Shown: one piece after another, positions 40,543 to 49,829 of the stretch
Position numbering within the stretch: position 1 is the first letter of the stretch
How the letters are laid out: every line of letters starts with the position of its first letter
DNA from: Verrucomicrobiota bacterium
GTDB taxonomy: Bacteria > Verrucomicrobiota > Verrucomicrobiia > Limisphaerales > AAA164-E04
Direction: 5' to 3'
Assembly (NCBI GenBank): GCA_029247315.1
Contig: JAQWLM010000099.1
Location: 6,111-70,110, forward strand
DNA: 64,000 bases
Notes under the pieces: model-generated
What the model was told of the DNA's origin: nothing
Database searches by the model: none
What the model saw: only the letters and a program-made list of their open reading frames with translations
Made by a program: the position numbers and the translations under genes

Positions 40543-41364
40543 CTAATTTTCTATGACAAAAATTGCCGTGTTAGTACGCCAAATAGATTCGGTAGCCCAA
40601 AAGTTAACGGGTTTGAAGGATTTCCCGAAGCCCAGTGCTCTCGCACTTCCATCGGTGAAGGCATAGACTGAGGATCCAGATTTTTTCGACCCGGAGCTTG
40701 GGGAGTGGCGTGCATGTTCCACCTCACGGATGTCGTTGCCATAGCCCTCGAGGAAGTCCATGTAGAAGGCGCGTGTGTTTTCACGTTTCTCGCCGAAGGT
40801 AATTGTTTCTGAGGGATTGCGCACCGCGCTTTCGTGAAACGATTTACCTGAAATGGATGCCAAACTGTAATTTCGTTTTAGCCTGGCAAGATAATGGTCG
40901 TTCCAGCCATTTAACAGATAAGATCGAGAGACCCTATCCGCCACATTCACTTGCTCACCGATAAGTTTATTGTGCTTGTCAGAAGGGCAGAGCAACAGGT
41001 TGGTGGATTGGAAATACGAAAATAAGGATCCGGGCCAACTTTGCTCGGTGATTCCATCAAGTTCTGTAATTCCATCCGCGCGGGTGGGGAAATAGCCCGC
41101 CGAATCATTCCGGTATAGCTGTGTTGCAAGACCCAGTTGCTTGATTTGACTGAGACACTTGATTTTTCGCGCAGCAGCCTTCGCATTGCTCAACGCAGGT
41201 AGCAACAGCCCAGCAAGAATGGCGATAATTCCCATGACGACAAGCAGTTCGATGAGTGTGAAGGCTTTTCCATTTTGGGAGAAAATCCTTTTTTCATGCC
41301 GAATTCTGCTATTGGAGTGCACTACACTGTCCTTACTCCTACCGATACAACTTTTTACTTCCAT
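40543..41364 (-). CDS. Prepilin-type N-terminal domain protein (pseudopilin-like, H-X17-DG variant)
   Basis: [25 protein letters not shown] at the N-terminus. The C-terminal ...HSPSSGSKKSGSSVYAFTDGSAR has a longer His-to-DG spacing than the other two paralogs. Confidence 0.8.
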   Translation of the reverse strand: MEVKSCIGRSKDSVVHSNSRIRHEKRIFSQNGKAFTLIELLVVMGIIAILAGLLLPALSNAKAAARKIKCLSQIKQLGLATQLYRNDSAGYFPTRADGITELDGITEQSWPGSLFSYFQSTNLLLCPSDKHNKLIGEQVNVADRVSRSYLLNGWNDHYLARLKRNYSLASISGKSFHESAVRNPSETITFGEKRENTRAFYMDFLEGYGNDIREVEHARHSPSSGSKKSGSSVYAFTDGSARALGFGKSFKPVNFWATESIWRTNTAIFVIEN

Positions 41365-41932
41365 AATGAACTACGATGAATAAAGCCAAGTAACATAACA
41401 CCGTTTGTGTATTTCTCAAAAAATATGAGACGGGTGGCCCCAACCGCAGGGTCAATTGTAGTGATGAACCCACAATTGATCCGATCAGGCAAGCTTGCCT
41501 CTCGTTTCCTGAAGCAATAAACGTACCGTTGTTATTTGTGAAAAAAAATACCTCTTCAAAGGACTGGGAAAAGTGGTTGTTCCAGTGGATTTCCATGGTG
41601 TTCAAAAATGAACTGATGATGGTCGTTTTGTCCATAGCGTCCTCTCGGGCATTTCCCAAAATCGGTCAACTCTCCGGAATATGCTGTGGGGGCCTATCCA
41701 CTTGTTGCCTGGAACGAAAAATTCCTCCCGTATCCATAGCCCAACAAGGCATGATAAGCCCTGTTCAAAATGTTACCGGCATTTTGCTATACAACAATGC
41801 AGTGGGGGATGTGTTGTTCCAAACGCATCTGGACCAGAAGGTTCCTTATTGACGGAAGCAAAGCAACTGAATCATTTGGAAGATTAGATTCAAAACAGAC
41901 CAGTCCTGCACACATGTTCCTCTGATGGAATC

Positions 41933-42889
41933 TTAGTTGACTGGCGTGCTGGAGTTTTTCTTGCGCTCCAATTTGTTTAGGATTTTAAGGCTGATCTCAT
42001 CTGTGATGACCAATGTATCTGCAGCGATGCTGTGAGTAAGGAATACGTTAGCACCAATCGTGCTTCGAGCACCCACGACGGTGTCTCCTCCCATCACTGT
42101 TGCATTGGCGTAAAGAGTGACCCGGTTCTCAATGGTTGGATGTCTTTTGGTGCCTCGCAGTGACTGCCCTCCCTTCAGTGAGCGTCCAATCAGTGCAACA
42201 CCTTGATACATTTTGACGTGATCACCGATCACGCTGGTTTCCCCAATGACAGTGCCCGTGCCATGATCGATGAAAAAATGAGACCCAATGCACGCCCCGG
42301 GGTGAAGGTCCATGCCGGTGCGTGCGTGTGCCCACTCGGTCATGATTCTCGGAATCAGGGGGATTTGTCTGATATACATTTCATGAGCCAGCCTCTGGAC
42401 GGCAATGGCCTCCACGAATGGGTAAGCAAGGATGACTTCGTTTTTATTCAGGGCTGCGGGGTCTCCATTGAACGCAGCTTCAACATCGGTTTGAAGCAAT
42501 TTTCGTAATGCCGGTAATCGACCTAACACTGCAGAGGTGGTCTCATGCGCGAAGGCTCTGGTTGTTTGCTTCTTTACTCCTTCGGGTGGACTGTGCTGGA
42601 GACTTTTATAAACCTCGTCTTCAAGCCGTCCAAAGACGCTATCCATGAGGTTGGTGGTCTCAATTTTTAATTCGTAAGAATGAATGACATGATTATCGAA
42701 GTAGCCAGGAAATAGCAATTTCAGCAAATCCTGGGTGATGGTTGCTATGGTCGATTTCGAAGGTAGATTAACGCCATCAACACGATTGATACCTCCCAAA
42801 TTTGCGTAGGAGGACAATAAATCATCTGCAAGCTTTGTGATCAATTCAGACACCTCGGTCACTATAATGCAGGTTGCCCATCGCAGCAA
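41933..42889 (-). CDS. cysE: Serine O-acetyltransferase (long form)
   Basis: GMDLHPGACIGSHFFIDHGTGTVIGETSVIGDHVKMYQGVAL hexapeptide core. TTG start. Confidence 0.85.
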   Translation of the reverse strand: MLRWATCIIVTEVSELITKLADDLLSSYANLGGINRVDGVNLPSKSTIATITQDLLKLLFPGYFDNHVIHSYELKIETTNLMDSVFGRLEDEVYKSLQHSPPEGVKKQTTRAFAHETTSAVLGRLPALRKLLQTDVEAAFNGDPAALNKNEVILAYPFVEAIAVQRLAHEMYIRQIPLIPRIMTEWAHARTGMDLHPGACIGSHFFIDHGTGTVIGETSVIGDHVKMYQGVALIGRSLKGGQSLRGTKRHPTIENRVTLYANATVMGGDTVVGARSTIGANVFLTHSIAADTLVITDEISLKILNKLERKKNSSTPVN

Positions 42890-42921
42890 GGTATGGGCGG
42901 GTTGTGGAACGCTGTCTTACT

Positions 42922-45747
42922 TCACGGGGAGACGAGCCGGAAAAACCTCATTGAAGATGTATTTTCAATGAGGGTGTAATTTTCAAAACCCTGAGGATGC
43001 GTGATCCAATCGTTCTCTATGGAATCTTCCTTGGACTGCAAACGGTGATCTACCAGCGCTTTTGGCCACGTTAGGAGTATATCTTTTCCAAAATTAAAGA
43101 TACTCAAGTCCGGCTGACTAGTGGTTCCATCATGGATGGCCACGAGGGTCACGAGATTTGGCTGGTAGATGGGAAGGAGTGTGACCGACTCATTCAACTT
43201 GAATGGTTGGACTTCTCGAAATGTTCCCACAATCAAGTCGCTTTGTATGATTGAAATCCGGTGTCCGTGTTCGGGGATCCATCCTTCTTCAAACTCCACA
43301 TGCAAAGTACCATCGAGGTGAGCTGCTTCATGTGCATGGATCAATGAGCGTCTTGGGTCGGATGATGTTTTCGTAACATGTATTCGCAATTGAGTTGTTG
43401 ATGCCATCGCGAGGGTTTTATTGATAATGAGACCTTCCCCTGAAACCTCGAGATCAATAGCTTGACTGAAGGCTGTGTTGGAGCCCAAGGTGACTGCACC
43501 CACAATGCGTGCATCTTGAAAGTCGAACTCGAGTGCCGAAATGAAGCCTTGATCGGCGTTTAAGATCCCTCCTGCAATTTGGACATTGCCTCCGGTGATC
43601 ACAGAGCCTCCGGAGAGATCCCATCGGCCTTGGTTCAGGATATTCAGGTCCAGGAGCACGTTATCTGCGGAAGTTTTGATTTCCAGAAGACCCCTGTTAT
43701 GCAAAAGAAGCCTTTCATCATCCGGTATTGGTTGAGCCTTGATGTTACTTGAAATAGTGATTCTGCCATCGGTCTGATTCAGGATGCCTGCATTTTCGGA
43801 TAATATTAAATCCCCGCCATCCCAGTGTAAATGGCCCAAGTTGACCAATCTACGATTATTTAAGGATCTTGGTTGTGCGTTATTGTCTGACGAGGGCATC
43901 TCGGCACGTCCTTCATTGATAAAATCTCCCTGTCCACTGATCTCGGTGCCTCCCTCCCAACGGAATTGTTCACGAACAGTGATCAGGTCATTCCCTCTGA
44001 GGCTTCCGCCTTTTGCAATGAGCAGTTCCTTTGGAGCAATGGTTTCTCCCGAGTTGAATGTAACCTTGCCCTTGCTGATGGAAACACTCTCCCCAATGGA
44101 GGCTATCTTGGCCTCTGGATGAAAAATAACTTCCTTCCCCGAAAAAAGTGTCTTCTTGAGTGCATTGAAATGCCCGCGGATCTCTGCGACCTTATCAGGG
44201 GATGAGAAACTGAGTGTTTGCTGGGTTTCCAGCCTTGATTGCGGAGAGCTGTTGAAAGAGCCCGATAACTCAAGGGTGGTGTTGGTCGATGAAAACATGG
44301 TTCCCATGTTGGTCATATCAGCTGTAAAATCCAGGTTGCCTGACTGAAGGGATACTTGACCTCGATTGACAGTGTCGATACCCAGATGCACCTCTTCTGC
44401 CTGACCAGTGATTTCGAATAATCCCTCATTTTTCAAGAAGGCTTTTTCTTCACCAGCAATGGGTGTCACTTCCACATTGCCCGAGATGGTGATGATGCCT
44501 TCTGCTTGATTTACAATCTCTGCATTGTCCCTTGCCCTTAAATGGCCTCCACTCCAAAGCACTTGACCGGCATTGACAAAGGTGCGTCCATCCAAAAGGC
44601 GAGGTTTTGAGGTGCTTTCCAGCTTTGCCATTTCAGTAATTCCCAGGTTTAAGAAGTCGGCTTTTCCGCCCAGGGTTGTCCCATTTGCCCATAGGAATTT
44701 TTCCGAGACACGAATCAAGTCCCCCCCACCAATACTTCCTCCCAAGGTGAGGAGTAGTTGACGGGGTGCAATGGTTTCCTGTGAGTTAAACTCTACTTTA
44801 CTCTTGCTGATGGAAACGGTGTCACCAATCGTTGTGATTTCTGATTCGGGGTGAAACACAATTTTTTTTCCTGAAAAACGACTTGTCTTGATTACCTTGA
44901 ACCTCCCCCGAATCTCTGCAGTTTCCTCAGCTGATGAAAAACTGACGGTGTTTTGGCTTTCTAAACTCGAGTCAGGAGAGCTTGTGAAATAACCTGAAAA
45001 ATCGAGTGTAGTGGCTTTTTCAGCATCCACCGCTCCAAGATTCGTTGTTGCTCCTGCAAAGTTAAGCATGCCTGATTGGACTAGTATAGATCCTCGATTT
45101 AAGAAAGAGACGTCCATGACTGTGCTGCCATTGGAATCCGACTTGACAAAGATTCCATTGTTTTCGAATCGCCCTGAAGTTTTCTTTGCCTGCACCAACC
45201 ATTGTCCGTCAAAAAGGTTTCTGAATATGGCATTGGCTTGGTTCATGAAAACACCATCGGTCCCAGAATGGACATCACCTGAAGTCCATAATGTCTCTGT
45301 TTTGTTGATAATATTGAATCCCACGAGGTTTTTTCCACCTCCGTGCATGGCGATGGCCATTGGTGCAATGAGTTGCCCATTTCCTCCGGTGAAACCTCCT
45401 CCACGCCAGATAAAGCGTTCCTCAGCTGTAAGGTTTCTGCTTCCCTGGATAAAACCAGAGGCCAGGTCCAGCTGGACCAGAGTGACATCAGTGTCGAGAT
45501 TGATCGACGGAGAGGCGTCAAGCCCAATGAGTACATTGAAAGTATCCTCTTCGTTGTTGTGTGGAAAAGGGAGGAAACCAAAGGTGTTCCACCTGAAAAC
45601 TTCCGTCCAATGACCATTTGCGGCACTGATCCATGCCGCATCGAAGGGTTCTTGTGCCGTGATTGTGATCGGAAAAAAGGTGAGAGCCAGAGTCCCGTGA
45701 ATGACCTGGATCAGGCGGCGAATATAGTGTTGTATCATGACTTCCAT
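42922..45747 (-). CDS. Large secreted beta-helix-like repeat protein with C-terminal RFFR module
   Basis: Signal-like N-terminus, an internal tandem duplication of about 243 aa, and Gly/Asn/Ser-rich beta-strand repeats. It ends MRFFRLVSP. Confidence 0.7.
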   Translation of the reverse strand: MEVMIQHYIRRLIQVIHGTLALTFFPITITAQEPFDAAWISAANGHWTEVFRWNTFGFLPFPHNNEEDTFNVLIGLDASPSINLDTDVTLVQLDLASGFIQGSRNLTAEERFIWRGGGFTGGNGQLIAPMAIAMHGGGKNLVGFNIINKTETLWTSGDVHSGTDGVFMNQANAIFRNLFDGQWLVQAKKTSGRFENNGIFVKSDSNGSTVMDVSFLNRGSILVQSGMLNFAGATTNLGAVDAEKATTLDFSGYFTSSPDSSLESQNTVSFSSAEETAEIRGRFKVIKTSRFSGKKIVFHPESEITTIGDTVSISKSKVEFNSQETIAPRQLLLTLGGSIGGGDLIRVSEKFLWANGTTLGGKADFLNLGITEMAKLESTSKPRLLDGRTFVNAGQVLWSGGHLRARDNAEIVNQAEGIITISGNVEVTPIAGEEKAFLKNEGLFEITGQAEEVHLGIDTVNRGQVSLQSGNLDFTADMTNMGTMFSSTNTTLELSGSFNSSPQSRLETQQTLSFSSPDKVAEIRGHFNALKKTLFSGKEVIFHPEAKIASIGESVSISKGKVTFNSGETIAPKELLIAKGGSLRGNDLITVREQFRWEGGTEISGQGDFINEGRAEMPSSDNNAQPRSLNNRRLVNLGHLHWDGGDLILSENAGILNQTDGRITISSNIKAQPIPDDERLLLHNRGLLEIKTSADNVLLDLNILNQGRWDLSGGSVITGGNVQIAGGILNADQGFISALEFDFQDARIVGAVTLGSNTAFSQAIDLEVSGEGLIINKTLAMASTTQLRIHVTKTSSDPRRSLIHAHEAAHLDGTLHVEFEEGWIPEHGHRISIIQSDLIVGTFREVQPFKLNESVTLLPIYQPNLVTLVAIHDGTTSQPDLSIFNFGKDILLTWPKALVDHRLQSKEDSIENDWITHPQGFENYTLIENTSSMRFFRLVSP
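43678..45150 (-). repeat. Intragenic tandem duplication (2 copies of about 243 aa / 729 bp, plus the start of a third)
   Basis: Copy 1 (about aa 200-443) is ...NRGSILVQSGMLNFAGATTNLG...TVSFSSAEETAEIRGRFKVIKTSRFSGKKIVFHPESEI...KNEGLFEI. Copy 2 (about aa 444-690) is ...NRGQVSLQSGNLDFTADMTNMG...TLSFSSPDKVAEIRGHFNALKKTLFSGKEVIFHPEAKI...HNRGLLEI. By eye the two copies are roughly half identical. Confidence 0.8.
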
Positions 45748-45791
45748 CTGTGCGGAGCGTCGTTGGGTATCTGAAAAAGTCGTAGATCGAG

Positions 45792-46352
45792 TCAGTTTGA
45801 GGCCAGGTCTTCAGGTGAATCAGCAAGCATGCGTTTCTTCCAACCCTTTTGATACATGATATGGCGCCAGAGTTTCTTAGCGTCTATATCAAAAATCAAA
45901 TTTCTGTCTGCTGGATGCGTCATCCAGGCACCTTGCTTGATTTCGTCATCCAGTTGGCCAGGGTTCCATCCTGAGTAACCAGAAAAAAGTCTTATATTTT
46001 GAGTGATTCGATTGGTTTTACAAAGGTTCGTCAACTGGTCGAATGAATGTCCCATGCTGACATCCGGAATGATCATTTCACCTAGATTGAGCTGGTCAGA
46101 AATCAGGAAACTAAGCGCTCCTGGCTGAACGGGGCCACCGATAAAAACCAGTGTGTCCTCAAGAGTTGTGGGCACAATTTCCGAACTGAGTTCCTGGATA
46201 CTGTGATCCATGCAGCGGTTGAGTATAAGCCCAAAGGCCCCCTCCTTGTCATGTTGGCAGATAAGAACGACGCTTCGGCTGAAAAAAGAACCGTTCAGAG
46301 TTCCTCCATCAAGCAGGAGTTGCCCTTGGAAAGATTGCATGGGATTGTCCAT
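45792..46352 (-). CDS. YqgE/AlgH family (UPF0301) protein
   Basis: GQLLLDGGTLNGSFFSRSVVLICQHDKEGAFGLILNR is the characteristic N-terminus. Confidence 0.8.
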   Translation of the reverse strand: MDNPMQSFQGQLLLDGGTLNGSFFSRSVVLICQHDKEGAFGLILNRCMDHSIQELSSEIVPTTLEDTLVFIGGPVQPGALSFLISDQLNLGEMIIPDVSMGHSFDQLTNLCKTNRITQNIRLFSGYSGWNPGQLDDEIKQGAWMTHPADRNLIFDIDAKKLWRHIMYQKGWKKRMLADSPEDLASN

Positions 46353-46623
46353 CTACTTGATAAGCGTTATCACTCTCTTGTCTTTCTGGCAACACTGTAG
46401 TAAGAAATTCAGCATGCAAAAACCGTTGTCTCACCGATTGGAATCCCCTCCAGAAAATTCCACGGCTAAGGCTTTGCCCTGGCGCAAGGGAAGGGCATGT
46501 CTCCTCTTCGGAATCCTGCTGATTTTTTTATACGGCTCAGCTTGCAAATCAAGTTCTGGTAGCCGGGAATTTCTTCCCGGGAAAGGGTGGACGGAAAATT
46601 GATCATTTTAACCTAAAGACGAA

Positions 46624-46839
46624 ATGCCGATTTACGAATTCCAATGTCAGGAATGCCACAAGGAAAACGAAGTCCTTGTAAGAGGCCAGGACTGGTCTCT
46701 GGCGATTTGCCCCGATTGTGGGTCTAAACAACTTAAAAAGAAATTGAGCGTGTTTTCAGCTGCTTCTTCGGAAGCGGAATCCACTCCCGTCTGCTCTGGC
46801 AATCCGTCCGCCTGCGGTCGTTGTGATGCTGATGGTTGA
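46624..46839 (+). CDS. FmdB-family zinc-ribbon protein
   Basis: MPIYEFQCQEC...CPDCGS pattern, 71 aa. Confidence 0.8.
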   Translation: MPIYEFQCQECHKENEVLVRGQDWSLAICPDCGSKQLKKKLSVFSAASSEAESTPVCSGNPSACGRCDADG

Positions 46840-46928
46840 ACACGCGATTTGTGAACATTACAAGCTTCCGGCTTGTCTCCAAGCGCAGGGACTGTGCTAC
46901 ATACCGTTCTTGCATATGGCAAGGCGGA

Positions 46929-47921
46929 TTAGCTGTTTGGCTTGGTAATCTGCTTGAGGAAAAGTCTGGATTGCTCTTTGACTTCCTCATAAGAAACTTC
47001 GGTCAGGCAGCGTGGAACGTCGAATTGGCATTGGTCGAAGCACGGTTTATAAGGGCATTGTTTCCCCTCAACAACCATGCCTAAATCATGGACTGGGCGA
47101 AACCACTCCGTGAGCTGTGGTCCAAAAATTGTGAGTGTTGGCTTTTCCAGGGCAGCAGCAAGATGCCCTGGCCCAGAATCATTGCCAATGAATGCATGAC
47201 CGGAGGAAATGACCTCAATTAATTCTGCCACACTTCTTGGAACGACAGGGTTTCTACCCTTATTTTTCCACCATTTCTCCTGGTTTGCATCACAAATCAA
47301 GGTCGTTTTTTGGCCCTCATCTTCCAGTGATTTCAGCAAACGATCAAAACGCTCCAAAGGCCATACACGCAGCGCCTGGGCAGCGCCCGTATGCACGATC
47401 ATGCGCTCAGGTTTCAGGAACCCTGGTGGCTTCTGTTCATGCGGGTCGTAGGATGGCAGTTTGACTTTGAGAGCCTCGCCAACCAAACGCCACTGCTCGT
47501 AGCGGTGGGCCATGGAATGGGGCAGTGAGAGTGGATTGCTCAAAAAAAAACCACTCCCAAGCCGGGGGAAACCAATCCGTTTCCGAGCCTTTGTGAGTTT
47601 CATCCATGCGTGGTCTCTTGGGTCCCACCTGCCGGATACGGCAAATTCAAAATCCTTTGCCCTTAGAGAGCGAAGTGTCTCGAGAATAAGTTTATATGGC
47701 CACCGATGCAGTCGATATTTTCCTTGAAAAGCGGTCCAGGGTGCAATGAAATCCACAACACTGACCCCAGGCCACAGTTTTAACTGAAGATCCCTTGCGT
47801 AAGGCTTGGCCAGCAGTGTGACTTCGTATGCGAGAGAGGCTTCTTTGATGAATCGAGATGCGATGGCTAAATCTCCAAGTCCCCATAGCTCAATGATGAG
47901 CAGCGTAGGTTTGCTGCTCAT
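46929..47921 (-). CDS. Glycosyltransferase family 9 (heptosyltransferase-like)
   Basis: LLIIELWGLGDLAIASRF N-terminus and C-terminal GNDSGPGHLAAAL motif. Confidence 0.8.
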   Translation of the reverse strand: MSSKPTLLIIELWGLGDLAIASRFIKEASLAYEVTLLAKPYARDLQLKLWPGVSVVDFIAPWTAFQGKYRLHRWPYKLILETLRSLRAKDFEFAVSGRWDPRDHAWMKLTKARKRIGFPRLGSGFFLSNPLSLPHSMAHRYEQWRLVGEALKVKLPSYDPHEQKPPGFLKPERMIVHTGAAQALRVWPLERFDRLLKSLEDEGQKTTLICDANQEKWWKNKGRNPVVPRSVAELIEVISSGHAFIGNDSGPGHLAAALEKPTLTIFGPQLTEWFRPVHDLGMVVEGKQCPYKPCFDQCQFDVPRCLTEVSYEEVKEQSRLFLKQITKPNS

Positions 47922-48571
47922 GATTTACTGGCAATCAGGTAAGCTGACCAGCCGATCCAGTGGATCTTGGCTGTGAATTTCTGGCGACTGGGTGGAAGGA
48001 GACAGAACAATAGCCAGGATGCGGCGAAGAGCCAATTGCGTGAGGTGCCTGATTGGGTCACGTTCAAACCGACTTGTCTGCATTGCCTGGCGAGTGCCCC
48101 CATGCTGACAATATGGGTGTGTGTCAGGTCATCCCAGAAGTTCATGGTAAATGTTCCGACAGCCCTGCCAGAGATACTGGCCAGTGCAACCGTCTTTGGA
48201 TGGGGTGTTTCAATATACATGCGCCCCCCTGACTTGAGCAGTCGATGGGCCTCGCTGATCAGCAAGGTAAGGTCTTCCAGATGCTCCACCAAGTGCATGC
48301 ATGTAATGGCGTCCAGGGAACCATCCTTCCAAGGCAGCGGTTTCTCGTTTAAATCTCCTCGATGGAAATGGCAGTTTTCAGGGTATTGTTCGGGTTTGCC
48401 GGCAATATCGGTGGCGTGATAACACAAGTCAGGTCGCATTTCATGACAATGTTTCAATGTTTCACCATCCGATGAACCAATATCAAGCAGGTTGCCGTTT
48501 TTTGGAATACCGGCAAGAAATCGTGAGCGGGTGTCCAACCAGGGAATCTTGCGCAATCGTTTCCAATTCAT
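47918..48571 (-). CDS. Class I SAM-dependent methyltransferase
   Basis: SAM motif I LLDIGSSDGE and the motif post-I/II spacing. It overlaps the GT9 start by 4 nt. Confidence 0.8.
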   Translation of the reverse strand: MNWKRLRKIPWLDTRSRFLAGIPKNGNLLDIGSSDGETLKHCHEMRPDLCYHATDIAGKPEQYPENCHFHRGDLNEKPLPWKDGSLDAITCMHLVEHLEDLTLLISEAHRLLKSGGRMYIETPHPKTVALASISGRAVGTFTMNFWDDLTHTHIVSMGALARQCRQVGLNVTQSGTSRNWLFAASWLLFCLLPPSRQKFTAKIHWIGWSAYLIASKS

Positions 48572-48604
48572 GACAGATACTCTATTATCATCTGAATGGC
48601 CTTT

Positions 48605-49735
48605 TCAGGTCAAATCTCTGTTCAAGTTTTGATAAAGGCTTCGATATTGTCGAAAAACCAGGGAGGCTGACCTTGAATCCACCGAATTTCTGATATCAGA
48701 TGGATTTTTTGGAACGAATGTTCCTCCAAGTATTGCCTTGAGCTGTTCTGCAAGCGACGCCGCATCATCCGGTTTAAAGTGGAGTCCACAACCTTCTTGA
48801 ACCAGGTCAACATTGCCACCACTTCGACTTACTAATGCCGGCATGCCTACAGCGAGAGCCTCCATGAGGGCAACAGAGCAGGGTTCGTTGGTCGAGGGAA
48901 TGACAAACCAGTCTGCTTGGCGGAGTTTGGATTGTACATCCTGTGTCGGGCCTTTAAGTTGGATCTGTTGGGTCAGCCCTGAAACTTGAATAAGTTCGCG
49001 AAGTGATTTGTCAAAACGATGTGCTTCAGGTAAGTCAGGTGTGGGTCCCCAGATATCGCACTGAATCCTCGCACGCTCCTCGGGAGTCATCAGGTTCAAG
49101 GCTTTCGCAAGCAGATCCCATTTTTTCCAGCCTATCACATTGCCCACGCCAATCAGGCGAAGGGGATCATGTTTCCTTCGTCTAGTGGATTCCATTAACG
49201 GAGTTTCAAGTAGTGATTGACTGAAACATGCCGAGATAATCTTCAAACGAGGCATGGCCTCGTCCAGTCCATAATGTTTGGCCATGTTGGGGGTCAACAC
49301 CACCGTGTGCATATGGGGTTGTTTGGCTGCCCAGCGGTAAAGTCCACACCTTCGGGCATAGTTGTGGTTGGTGAAAACGACCGGACGATGCATGCGTCGC
49401 GCCGCCAGTATCGCAACGAGCAATGTTCCCCTTGAATGTGCATGCAGGATGTCAAAAGGCTCCTTTTGAATCAAACTCCGGAGTTCCCTGTAGGCTGGTA
49501 TTGCTTGAGCAAAAAGCTTGAGGTGGTTTGTCGATTCAGCCACCACGGATTTGCTGTAGCGATAATCCAACGATGGTGAGCGTGTCTCCCTGTATCCATC
49601 TTTGACCCAAACGCAGTGCTGCACCTCATTCGCCTGTGTCACCGATTGCAGGTTGCGGAGAACGGAAAGGACACCTCCGGCGTCCTCACGGTCTCCAACA
49701 AGGTGCAGGACCTTTAATGTATCGGTTAATCTCAT
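48605..49735 (-). CDS. Glycosyltransferase family 4 (GT-B, group 1)
   Basis: KVLHLVG start and C-terminal STNEPCSVALMEALAVGMPALVS (EX7E). The longest ORF starts at 49810. ATG at 49735 gives the usual N-terminus. Confidence 0.8.
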   Translation of the reverse strand: MRLTDTLKVLHLVGDREDAGGVLSVLRNLQSVTQANEVQHCVWVKDGYRETRSPSLDYRYSKSVVAESTNHLKLFAQAIPAYRELRSLIQKEPFDILHAHSRGTLLVAILAARRMHRPVVFTNHNYARRCGLYRWAAKQPHMHTVVLTPNMAKHYGLDEAMPRLKIISACFSQSLLETPLMESTRRRKHDPLRLIGVGNVIGWKKWDLLAKALNLMTPEERARIQCDIWGPTPDLPEAHRFDKSLRELIQVSGLTQQIQLKGPTQDVQSKLRQADWFVIPSTNEPCSVALMEALAVGMPALVSRSGGNVDLVQEGCGLHFKPDDAASLAEQLKAILGGTFVPKNPSDIRNSVDSRSASLVFRQYRSLYQNLNRDLT

Positions 49736-49829
49736 TTTATCTAGAAACCCGACTTTGCCGGATTCGATTCCCATTGTGCAACATTGAATCCTTTGTCTAG
49801 GATGCTGCATTCTTCTTGATAAGGGTAAA

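Noticed and set aside
41339-41659. 106-aa minus-strand ORF overlapping the pseudopilin gene start
   Set aside because: It overlaps the 5' end of a better-supported gene, and its sequence has no recognisable features.
45011-45613. 200-aa ORF antisense to the 941-aa repeat protein (also 45343-45774 and 43784-44122)
   Set aside because: These are shadow ORFs favoured by the repetitive, codon-biased sense strand. No motifs.
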